Source of the DNA: an uncultured Candidatus Cloacimonadota bacterium
Lineage (GTDB): Bacteria > Cloacimonadota > Cloacimonadia > Cloacimonadales > CAYQPF01
Length of the DNA: 64,000 bases
Assembly (NCBI GenBank): GCA_964419225.1
Contig: CAYQPF010000010.1
Span: forward strand, 4,134 to 68,133
Direction: 5' to 3'
The position numbers and the translations under genes are program-made. Under the pieces are notes generated by a model. The model saw only the letters and a program-made list of their open reading frames with translations. It was not told where the DNA came from and did no database searches. Each line of letters starts with the position of its first letter. Positions within the stretch are counted from its first letter, which is position 1. Positions 1-11,241 of this stretch are shown here, piece by piece.

Positions 1-194
1 TCGGCACAATCAGTCGTCAGATCAAGATCATTCATGAGAACAAAACTGGATGTAAGGTGGTTTCTTACATCATCCAAGTGTAAAGAAGTAGTTATTTGAT
101 AAGGATTTCCCGGTGTTCCATTACCACCTGCAAAACTGAAGAGTGAGTAGGAACACAATAAAACAGCCATAAAGACAAATAAAGTTTTTTTCAT
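1..194 (-). CDS. 5' end of a secreted protein gene that runs off the window edge (signal peptide followed by a GNGT-x2-NPYQITT opening)
   Basis: Reverse-strand ATG at 192-194 gives MKKTLFVFMAVLLCSYSLFSFAGGNGTPGNPYQITTSLHLDDVRNHLTSSFVLMNDLDL... The GLUG-repeat protein at 32722-35064 has the same GNGTxxNPYQITT opening. Absent from the ORF track because the window edge cuts it. Confidence 0.5.
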   Translation of the reverse strand, partial: MKKTLFVFMAVLLCSYSLFSFAGGNGTPGNPYQITTSLHLDDVRNHLTSSFVLMNDLDLTTDCA

Positions 195-244
195 AATACT
201 CTCCTGAGAAATTTTGTCTTTTATAGAATATGTTGATTTATATG

Positions 245-931
245 TCAAATACTTTTTTCAGGTAAGTTGATTTTTTTGTAAGAGGGAATAATTTGATTTT
301 GCAGAGCAGAGGGATTTGTAAAGGCAGGAAGATTTAAAAACTCCAGAATGTAGGGATCTTTGATAATATCCAAAGGTTTTTCAATGACCTGACCTTTTTC
401 GGCGAGTTGTTTTATTCCTTCTTTATCCCTGCTGAGTGCCAATCTTTCATACAAGGCACTATCGAATTGACGCTGAAACTCTTTCAAACTCCAGTTGTTT
501 GCTGCACATTCTATTTCATAAAACCTACGCTCATCCGGATTTTTAATTCTCATAAGTTTGAGATAGTGTGACCAAGATAGAAGAAACTGTAGATTTTCAA
601 ATTCAGCAGAAGTCGTCTGCTGAATTGAATAAACAAGATAAAATGACCTCATCTGTCTTAGATTTACAATTGAAAAGTCTTTACCGAAATTACTCGATAG
701 TTTTAAGGCTAATTCCTCTAAAACCTGTTTCCCATATTCTGCTCGTTCTTTTCCCTGTTGTTCATCTTCAACGATCAAACGACCGATCTCGAAGTAAGTA
801 TAAACCATTGTCTGATTGATAGTGCGAACTACATTTTGTCTGGCTCTTTGCAGCAGATCTGCTATTTTAATATATAGTTCTTTGGGTGATGATGCACTGT
901 TTACCAAGTCTTTAGACAGCTTTTGTTTCAT
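245..931 (-). pseudogene. Truncated DUF1016/YhcG-like protein: N-terminal domain only, PD-(D/E)XK nuclease core missing
   Basis: MKQKLSKDLVNS...ARQNVVRTINQTMVYTYFEIGRLIVEDEQQGKERAEYGKQVLEELA...SWSHYLKLMRIKNPDERRFYEIECAANNWSLKEFQRQ...DPYILEFLNL matches the N-terminal half of DUF1016 proteins. The ORF stops about 30 aa after the DPYxLEFL hinge, where the nuclease domain normally begins. Start taken at the internal Met at 931. Confidence 0.55.
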
Positions 932-1080
932 ACTTCCTCCAATATGAAATTCCCTCCAATATTTCACATACTTTTATATAATTAACTATTTGATTTCAAG
1001 CAAATTTTTAAAGTACATTTTGACAGGGATTATTTGTCTGAATCACGGGTTAAAACACGGGTTTTTCTAGACAAAAATCA

Positions 1081-1227
1081 TAACTACTCAGGTATTATGA
1101 AATTTAGATCCCTCTGGAGCCGAAATGGCTTCATTTCGGATACGTCGCTATTTTTCTCTTCAATCTGCGGATAAAATTCTCTCATTTATGGTTAACTCTT
1201 CCTCCTTATAGAATACCTGAGTAGTTA
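1081..1227. repeat. 147-bp MITE-like unit bounded by perfect 14-bp terminal inverted repeats TAACTACTCAGGTA / TACCTGAGTAGTTA
   Basis: Exact 14-mer at 1081-1094 and its reverse complement at 1214-1227. A third exact copy lies at 52881-52894. Near copies lie at 2708-2720 and 32619-31 (one mismatch). Confidence 0.6.
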
Positions 1228-1306
1228 CAGAAAATCATATTGACAAATCCCGGAGTGTATGTGAATTATAATTAAAGAGTATTAATTAAATTATGGGATG
1301 GTAATT

Positions 1307-1981
1307 ATGCCAATTGATTTTAACTTTTTTTTCAACCAGGTTTTCAAGGAAGAATTTAAATCTTCCTATAGTCAAATTCATATAAAGAAACAGATAAAAC
1401 TACCTGCTTTGTTTCTTTGTGATGAAATAGTAATAAAGAAGACCAAAAAAAAAGTTATCTATTCAAAGATGTATGATTATTTGTTAATAAGTGCAAATCG
1501 GGAGACCATCAGAAATCTGGCACTTTCTATGCTTTTTCTGATGTTCGCAAAAAGGAATGAATGTTTAAAAATTAAGCTGACAAATCCAGAATCAGACATA
1601 AAAATAATTGATATCTCGAATCCACAAACTCACTCTATATTTTTCCGAGTGATGAATTCAGAAGTAAGAATGGCTTTGAATGAGTATAAATTTGAAAAAA
1701 GAGTACTTCGTTCTTCTGGCTGGGGGAAAGTTCAGAAAGCTGAAGATTATCCTGCGTTTATACTAACAAAAAAAAACTATATTATAACTGAAAAAGATGA
1801 ACAAATCAGAGATGTTTTACGGATAACTTCACAGATACATAGCTTATGTCTTTTTGCAGATTGTTTGCTCAATTTGGCTGCAAACAAAAAACTTCATGAA
1901 TATGAAGTAGATTCTCATACAGGATTATCCTGCATGAGTTTATACGATTCTCTAATTAAAATCATGATAAATGGAGATTGA
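1307..1981 (+). CDS. Hypothetical protein, tandem paralog A (no family recognised)
   Basis: ORF with N-terminus MPIDFNFFFNQVFKEEFKSSYSQIHIKKQIKLPALF, parallel to the next ORF (MLIDFDGFFNNVFRTKFSNAYSNILIKEPIEFPDLF). Both also share a YKF(E/K)(K/R)R mid motif and an L(F/L)AD.(L/F)LN C-terminal motif. Confidence 0.6.
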   Translation: MPIDFNFFFNQVFKEEFKSSYSQIHIKKQIKLPALFLCDEIVIKKTKKKVIYSKMYDYLLISANRETIRNLALSMLFLMFAKRNECLKIKLTNPESDIKIIDISNPQTHSIFFRVMNSEVRMALNEYKFEKRVLRSSGWGKVQKAEDYPAFILTKKNYIITEKDEQIRDVLRITSQIHSLCLFADCLLNLAANKKLHEYEVDSHTGLSCMSLYDSLIKIMINGD

Positions 1982-1982
1982 T

Positions 1983-2693
1983 ATGTTGATCGATTTCGAC
2001 GGTTTCTTTAATAATGTTTTTAGAACTAAATTTAGCAATGCTTACAGCAATATTCTTATTAAGGAACCAATAGAATTCCCAGATCTGTTTTCTATGGAAC
2101 AGCTTGTAATCCATATAGGAAGACATGGGACTGTAAGTAAATATCAAAATTGTGCAGAAATGTTAATCTGGTTTCAACAAAAGGAATCTTACAGGAATAT
2201 GGGGCTTTTTATACTCTATTTTTTACTAAGAAAAGACCAATCTGAAATAACTATTAAAATAAAAAATAAACAAAGTGATTTAAAAAAGATCATTTTTACA
2301 AAGCCGGATAAATGCTTCACATATAACTATTTAATCTCATCTTTAGTAGAAAAATCTTTTCATTCATACAAATTCAAAAGAAGACCTATCCATAGAAAAG
2401 CATGGGATTCTAACATTTCAATTGAGGATACGCCCTCATTTATTTTAAAAGATAATGCTAAACTTGCTTCTACAGAAAAAGACATAAAAAATGTTCTTTA
2501 TATTACTGGAAGCGAAAATGCTCTGATTCTTTTAGCTGATACATTTTTAAATGCTTCCTTAGCAGCAAATATCAAGTATAATTTTCATCATGAGTTTTAT
2601 CTGGAGCCATTTCATGCATGGCAAGGGGCAGGCCGTTTTAGCTGCAGTATTCACTTTACCTTTCCAGGAAACAGTATGTGGGACTTTAGCTAG
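1983..2693 (+). CDS. Hypothetical protein, tandem paralog B (no family recognised)
   Basis: ATG at 1983 lies 1 nt after the stop of paralog A (TGAtATG), with GGAG at 1973-1976. Collinear similarity to paralog A. Confidence 0.6.
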   Translation: MLIDFDGFFNNVFRTKFSNAYSNILIKEPIEFPDLFSMEQLVIHIGRHGTVSKYQNCAEMLIWFQQKESYRNMGLFILYFLLRKDQSEITIKIKNKQSDLKKIIFTKPDKCFTYNYLISSLVEKSFHSYKFKRRPIHRKAWDSNISIEDTPSFILKDNAKLASTEKDIKNVLYITGSENALILLADTFLNASLAANIKYNFHHEFYLEPFHAWQGAGRFSCSIHFTFPGNSMWDFS

Positions 2694-2717
2694 ACTAAAC
2701 TATAATAGCCTGAGTAG

Positions 2718-3785
2718 TTACCCTTTTGGTTTGAATCGGTCTGTGATTTTTTTAAGTAGGGCAAACTTATTATGCGTATAGTAGAAAGAATTATAGGCAC
2801 AATTGGAATAACAATAAAGATTACAAAGTTGTGTTTTTTCATTTAGAAGATTTTTCAGTTGTTCAATTTTCTCAGAATTTAAATCACAGAAATGATAATC
2901 CAATGTATCCATTTTCTTTGTACAAGAGCGGATATAGCCATTGGGAGACACATTAATCCAACCGTATCTGGTCGGGTAGTTACAATTCCAGAATTTCTTA
3001 TGGTTAATAAATTTGAAAATCCCTTTGAAATAATCATCAGGATCAATTATCGGGTAGCCTTCCGTCTTTTTGAGAAGAATGTAATCCACGATGTTCGTGA
3101 GCAGATCAAAGTCATCTTTGGTAAAATGAATATCTGCTCCTGTACTCTTTTCTTCGATATTGGGCACTACATATCCCAGAGAGATCTGGACATCATTGTC
3201 ATGTGCATATTCCAACAGAAGCTTGATTTCCTCAAAATTATTCTTATAAATAACAGCGTTAATTCTGAAATGCAGATTGTTTTCTTTTCGCTCACATTTC
3301 AAGGCAGCTAAAATTCCAGGTTGAAAGATACTGTTTTTGTGAGTGACAATATTTTCTTTAACACCATCAACCGAAATATTTAAATAATTAAGGCCAGCCA
3401 GAGCAAGCTTGTGAATGGATAAATCAGTCAGTAAAGTTCCATTAGTTGTAATATCTGTGGTAATGTTAGCTTTACTACATTCTGAAATAGCTTGATATAA
3501 ATGGGGCCAAATCATAGGTTCTCCACCTAAAAAGGTTATAAAACCACAATGTAACTCCACAGCTTTAGCTAAAATTTTCTCAAACTCGCCCATAGTCATA
3601 ACATAAGAATTGTCTTTTCTTTGCCAGCAATAGCTACAGTTTAAATTACATGCATCTGTAGGAATTATCCGGACAAATGGAGCAGTGAATTGAAAAGAAC
3701 TGTAAAAGCAAGCCTGACAAAAAGTGTAAAATTTGTTTTCTCCTAAAGCTTGTCTGCTCAGAGCTTTGAATCTTGATAAATTCAT
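2718..3785 (-). CDS. Radical SAM protein with a SPASM/twitch-like C-terminal Cys cluster, substrate unknown
   Basis: CNLNCSYC (CxxxCxxC) at aa 46-53. C-terminal C-x14-G-x4-C (CNYPTRYGWINVSPNGYIRSC) followed by CNLYCYSNC. GAGGT RBS 4 nt before the ATG. Confidence 0.85.
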   Translation of the reverse strand: MNLSRFKALSRQALGENKFYTFCQACFYSSFQFTAPFVRIIPTDACNLNCSYCWQRKDNSYVMTMGEFEKILAKAVELHCGFITFLGGEPMIWPHLYQAISECSKANITTDITTNGTLLTDLSIHKLALAGLNYLNISVDGVKENIVTHKNSIFQPGILAALKCERKENNLHFRINAVIYKNNFEEIKLLLEYAHDNDVQISLGYVVPNIEEKSTGADIHFTKDDFDLLTNIVDYILLKKTEGYPIIDPDDYFKGIFKFINHKKFWNCNYPTRYGWINVSPNGYIRSCTKKMDTLDYHFCDLNSEKIEQLKNLLNEKTQLCNLYCYSNCAYNSFYYTHNKFALLKKITDRFKPKG

Positions 3786-3824
3786 ATATACCTCACAAAT
3801 TTGAAATAATATTTAAGAAAATTA

Positions 3825-3912
3825 GCATCGATATTCAGGATAGACAGGATTTACAGGAAAATCCAATTTCTAATTCTAATTCCTATATCCTGCTCATCCT
3901 GTTTATCCATGC
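3825..3912. repeat. 88-bp inverted-repeat unit built from GCAT(C/G)GAT plus two nnnCAGGAT words
   Basis: GCATCGATATTCAGGATAGACAGGAT at 3825-3850 and the inverted ATCCTGCTCATCCTGTTTATCCATGC at 3887-3912. Confidence 0.6.
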
Positions 3913-3933
3913 AAATACTCTCTTTTTTCTTTA

Positions 3934-4503
3934 GCATCGATGTTCAGGATAGACAGGATAAAATTCAATTTAGATTTCCTAAAGATCTTTGCTTCGTGTA
4001 AGTCGCTTATATTCCAGTTTTGGATTGCCAAAGTTTAAAATTAGTCCTACTTCTATACCAGTTGCTGTAAGATAATTTATTACCTGAGCACTATGCTCCG
4101 GAGTTAAAGCTCTTATTGCCTTCAATTCAACAATGACCTTTTCTTCTACAAGTAAATCACAGAAAAATTCTCCAACCGGATTGTTTCGAAAAAAAACCTT
4201 AATAGGATACTGATTAAAGACAGACAGACCTTTTTCTTTTAACAAAATTATCATTGATTTCTCATAAACAGATTCCAGAAAACCACTACCCAATTCGTTA
4301 ATGACGTCAAACGCACAGTTAATAACAGTCTTAGTTATTTCTTCATGTTTCATGAAATATCCTCCTCTTCATATAATTAACTTCAATGTTCAGGACAGAC
4401 AGGATTTGAGAGACCTTGATCCTACTTCCGACACTCAGATTACAATTGTAAGTGTTAGAATTTATGCATCTTCCCCTATCCTGAATATCCTGTTTATCGA
4501 TGC
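3934..4503. repeat. Repeat-bracketed cassette containing the GxxExxY gene
   Basis: Direct copies GCATCGATGTTCAGGATAGACAGGAT at 3934-3959 and ATGTTCAGGACAGACAGGAT at 4386-4405. Inverted copy ATCCTGAATATCCTGTTTATCGATGC at 4478-4503. The gene lies between 3959 and 4386. Confidence 0.5.
3979..4353 (-). CDS. GxxExxY protein (small PD-(D/E)XK-like family)
   Basis: 124 aa. GFLESVY motif in NELGSGFLESVYEKSM. DLLVEEKVIVELKA core and LILNFG tail are typical of the family. Confidence 0.9.
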   Translation of the reverse strand: MKHEEITKTVINCAFDVINELGSGFLESVYEKSMIILLKEKGLSVFNQYPIKVFFRNNPVGEFFCDLLVEEKVIVELKAIRALTPEHSAQVINYLTATGIEVGLILNFGNPKLEYKRLTRSKDL

Positions 4504-4512
4504 AAAATTTCT

Positions 4513-5325
4513 CTAAAAGCGTTCCTTGGCTTTGGGAGATTTTCCGGCTCGTTTGGTTTTCTGAGCTTTTTCCTGTTGGAAGCTCCAGAGTTGAAAATTA
4601 GCTTTAGCTTCGAGAGTTTTTTCGAGGTTGTCGGGGAGTTGAGGGAAGAAATCGAGTCCTGTGACGCTTTCGACATAGTCAATAGAGACCGCGTACTTGG
4701 GCAGGGGATTGGTTGTAGCCTGGTTAGGGATAAGGAATCCTATGGCTTTTTTAACAGGATCCCTGTTATCAAGGATTACTTTAAAGAAATACGGAGGGAC
4801 GGCAACTTTATTCTTTTTCCCGATAGAGGGGAATTTCTTGGTCATCCAGACAGGTCCAGTGACAATGTACAATTCGTTATCAGCTTTAGCCCAATAGCGG
4901 ACAGTTCTTTCCAGATCTTCCCAGATCCCGGCATTGAATTCGTGTAATTGAGGGCTCATATTGCTCATGAAGAAGGATTCAGACATAGCCATTTCCGACC
5001 AGGCCATATCCGCAGCAGGAGCTAAATGCCCACGGTCATACCCTGATTTGACATAATCTGCAGTCTCAGCTGATTTTGTTTTAACCAGAGGATCAGGCCT
5101 GAAAGTACCTTTTCTCTTTCGTTTAATGGATACTTCTTTTTTGGTGAGCTTGTAAGCAACCCAGTCAGCCTGTTCATACTGTTCATTGTATTGGAGAGTA
5201 TAGGCTTGATGTTTGATAATTTGGGCACCTTTTTTAACGACAGGAACAGCAAATTCAGAGTTTTCAGCAAATAGTATAAAAGTGGTACAGAGAATAAAAG
5301 CAAAGAGAAATAGTCGCTTATTCAT
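4513..5325 (-). CDS. Secreted DNA/RNA non-specific endonuclease (NucA/EndoG-type, DRGH motif)
   Basis: N-terminal signal peptide MNKRLFLFAFILCTTFILFA. DRGHLAPAADM active-site motif and downstream SNMSPQ. Confidence 0.9.
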   Translation of the reverse strand: MNKRLFLFAFILCTTFILFAENSEFAVPVVKKGAQIIKHQAYTLQYNEQYEQADWVAYKLTKKEVSIKRKRKGTFRPDPLVKTKSAETADYVKSGYDRGHLAPAADMAWSEMAMSESFFMSNMSPQLHEFNAGIWEDLERTVRYWAKADNELYIVTGPVWMTKKFPSIGKKNKVAVPPYFFKVILDNRDPVKKAIGFLIPNQATTNPLPKYAVSIDYVESVTGLDFFPQLPDNLEKTLEAKANFQLWSFQQEKAQKTKRAGKSPKAKERF

Positions 5326-5344
5326 TTACAATCTCCTGAGGAGT

Positions 5345-8591
<3,247 letters not shown>

Positions 8592-8594
8592 TTT

Positions 8595-9665
8595 TTAACC
8601 ATTGTTTAATTTTTCATTTTTATATGAAATTTTAAGTTGGTCGATAAACTCATCCAACTCACCCACAAGAATGCCATTGAGGCGGTATGATGTCAAGTTA
8701 ATTCTATGATCAGTCACTCTGGACTGAGGAAAATTATAAGTACGGATCTTTGCGGAGCGGTCACCGGTGCCGACTTGGAGCTTACGGGCACTGGAGATTT
8801 CGGCTTCCTGTTTGGAGATTTCCATATCGAGTAAGCGGGCTCTCAGGTGCTTCATAGCTTTGGCTTTGTTCTTGATCTGGGATTTTTCATCCTGACAGGT
8901 CACAACCACACCGGAGGGAATGTGGGTAATACGTACAGCAGAATCTGTGGTATTAACGCTTTGTCCGCCGTTACCGGAGGAACGGTAAACATCGACTCTC
9001 AAATCATTATCACTGATCTCGATATCAACTTCATCAGCTTCCGGCAAAACTGCTACAGAGATAGCTGAGGTGTGAATCCGACCGCTGGCTTCTGTATTGG
9101 GAACTCTCTGTACACGATGTACACCGCTTTCGAATCTCATGTGTCCAAAAACAGCATCTCCATGCAGAGAGAATATGATTTCTTTAAGACCACCTATTCC
9201 TGTAGGGCTGGAGGAAATCTCGCTCAATTTCCAGTTCTTCCTTTGGGCATAATAGGTGTACATTCTGTAGAGATCAGCCACAAAAAGGGCAGCTTCATCA
9301 CCGCCAGTTCCGGCTCTGATTTCCACGATAGCATCTTTATCATCATTTGGATCATTTGGTAATAACAGTGCTTTCAGATCTTCAGTCTTTTTCTCGATCT
9401 GCCCTTTGAGGATTTCAGCTTCTTCCTGAGTCATTTCCAGCATTTCTTTATCTGATTCGAAGGCCATCATTTCTTCGCATTCAGCGAGAAGTTTTTCCAG
9501 TTTTTCCAATTCAGCATAGCATCTCATGATTCCGGCTACTTCGTTGAATCTTTTAGAGATCTTGCGGAATTCTTTTTTATCACTCATCAAAGAAGAGTCC
9601 ACGACTTTGGCACTTAAAATGTCATATTCGCCTTGTAATTCTTTAATTCTTTCTACAGGGATCAT
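8595..9665 (-). CDS. prfA: Peptide chain release factor 1
   Basis: GGQ motif (SGNGGQSVNTTDSAVRITH). RF1-type RVQRVPNTEASGRIHTS. Confidence 0.97.
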   Translation of the reverse strand: MIPVERIKELQGEYDILSAKVVDSSLMSDKKEFRKISKRFNEVAGIMRCYAELEKLEKLLAECEEMMAFESDKEMLEMTQEEAEILKGQIEKKTEDLKALLLPNDPNDDKDAIVEIRAGTGGDEAALFVADLYRMYTYYAQRKNWKLSEISSSPTGIGGLKEIIFSLHGDAVFGHMRFESGVHRVQRVPNTEASGRIHTSAISVAVLPEADEVDIEISDNDLRVDVYRSSGNGGQSVNTTDSAVRITHIPSGVVVTCQDEKSQIKNKAKAMKHLRARLLDMEISKQEAEISSARKLQVGTGDRSAKIRTYNFPQSRVTDHRINLTSYRLNGILVGELDEFIDQLKISYKNEKLNNG

Positions 9666-10651
9666 ACTATTTCCTTTGCATTAATAAAGTTAATATTTGT
9701 GTGTTCGGACATATCCATTTCCAAAGCACTTTTCATTGCCACGAGAGCAACTTCAACCATTTCATCATCAGGCTGACCAGTTGTTATTTTTTGTAAAGCC
9801 ATTCCGGGAGTGGTCATTAACTTCACAAACGGATGATCTATTTTTTTACCTGATAATCTGAGGACTTCATAAGAAATACCTGAGATCAGAGGTAATAAAA
9901 GAAAATGATAGCCGAGTCTCACCAGTAACTGAGGTACTCCGAAGTATTTGGAGACAAGAGTATCGACAATAGAGAAGATCAGTATAGAGATCAAAAGCAC
10001 AAAGAACATAAAACTGGTGCCACAACGCGGATGCAGAGTGGAAAAAGTCTGGATGTTGGAAAGAGAAAGGGTTGCTTCTTTTTCGTAGGCAAAGACGCAT
10101 TTATGTTCTGCACCATGATAGCGGAACAGTCTTTTGACATCGTTCAGCAGACTGATAATCCAGATATAGAGAATGAAGAAGACTATTCTGATTGAGCCGG
10201 CAAAGAGATTGAAATACATATTCTGTTTACTCAGATTCATTAGTTCAGCAAGTTTATAAGGTGCATAGGCAAAGAGCAGGAAAGCCATACCAAAGGCAAA
10301 GACGAAACTGAAGATTTCTTCCAGTTTGGCTCTGTTCTTGCCTTTTTCTTTTACTTTTTTTCCAGTGTCTTTTTCTTCCTGTTCCTTCCAGTCGATCTCG
10401 GCTCTTTGAGCTGAGAAGTTCAGAGATTTGAAACCGATGATCATCATTTCGATCAGGGATGCAAAACCGCGGACAATGGGTAATCCCAGGAATTTATTGC
10501 TTTTAGTCACACTGATGAATTTTTCTTTGCTGATCTCGATAGTCTTATCAGCACGGCGTATTGCGGTTGCTATGTATTCTGGACCACGCATCATAACGCC
10601 TTCTATGACTGCCTGACCGCCTACTGCTATTTGTTTTTTTTCTTCTTTCAT
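9662..10651 (-). CDS. DUF1385 membrane protein (YqhQ-like, commonly linked to prfA)
   Basis: GGQAVIEGVMMRG N-terminus, GAEHK motif, several TM segments. 4-nt overlap with prfA. Confidence 0.85.
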   Translation of the reverse strand: MKEEKKQIAVGGQAVIEGVMMRGPEYIATAIRRADKTIEISKEKFISVTKSNKFLGLPIVRGFASLIEMMIIGFKSLNFSAQRAEIDWKEQEEKDTGKKVKEKGKNRAKLEEIFSFVFAFGMAFLLFAYAPYKLAELMNLSKQNMYFNLFAGSIRIVFFILYIWIISLLNDVKRLFRYHGAEHKCVFAYEKEATLSLSNIQTFSTLHPRCGTSFMFFVLLISILIFSIVDTLVSKYFGVPQLLVRLGYHFLLLPLISGISYEVLRLSGKKIDHPFVKLMTTPGMALQKITTGQPDDEMVEVALVAMKSALEMDMSEHTNINFINAKEIV

Positions 10652-10768
10652 AAAACCTCATGGGTATTTTTGATTAATCCAGCTTATGCAATATCTGCAC
10701 AGAGTTTGGGTTGACGTGGGAGTCAACTCCTACATGCATTGTACACTGCATAATTAGGGTGAAAATGA

Positions 10769-10812
10769 ATAAAAAAACACCACAATCTATAATAGACATA
10801 TAGGTTGTGGTG
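10769..10812 (-). terminator. Rho-independent terminator after rpmE
   Basis: 9-bp stem ACACCACAA / TTGTGGTGT (10776-10784 and 10804-10812), followed on the minus strand by a T-run (plus-strand A-run 10770-10775). Confidence 0.7.
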
Positions 10813-10825
10813 TTCTATAAATTTG

Positions 10826-11029
10826 CTAATTGCTTTTAGCGTATTTTTTGTTGAATTTTTCTACTCTACCGGCTGTATCGAGCAATTTTTGCTTTCCGGT
10901 GTAGAAAGGGTGGCATTCTGAGCAAATTTCAACCGTTAAATTTGTGGTGGTTGATTTGGTCTCAAATTCGTTTCCACAGGCACATTTAACAAGCACCTTT
11001 TCGTATTTAGGATGGATTCCGTTTTTCAT
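10826..11029 (-). CDS. rpmE: 50S ribosomal protein L31 (Zn-binding type)
   Basis: [22 protein letters not shown]...[13 protein letters not shown]. Confidence 0.95.
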   Translation of the reverse strand: MKNGIHPKYEKVLVKCACGNEFETKSTTTNLTVEICSECHPFYTGKQKLLDTAGRVEKFNKKYAKSN

Positions 11030-11241
11030 TTATATCTCCTTTTACTTACACATTATTTTCTTTCTTAAAAACAAAATTAATTCTCAAGTACTTATGTCAA
11101 GGACTTTTATCAAAAGAAGGACGCTTTTCGAGAGTTTAGCCACCGAAGTCCACCGAACCGTTCGCGAAAGATGAGAAAGGAAAAGGCGGTAGGTGTTGGT
11201 ATCAGTGGGTGACGATTAATAGATCGCAGAGTGGATCGGGA

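Noticed and set aside
1240-1272. TTGACA at 1240-1245 and TATAAT at 1267-1272 upstream of the paralog pair
   Set aside because: The spacer is 21 nt, too long for a standard sigma-70 promoter. Not called.
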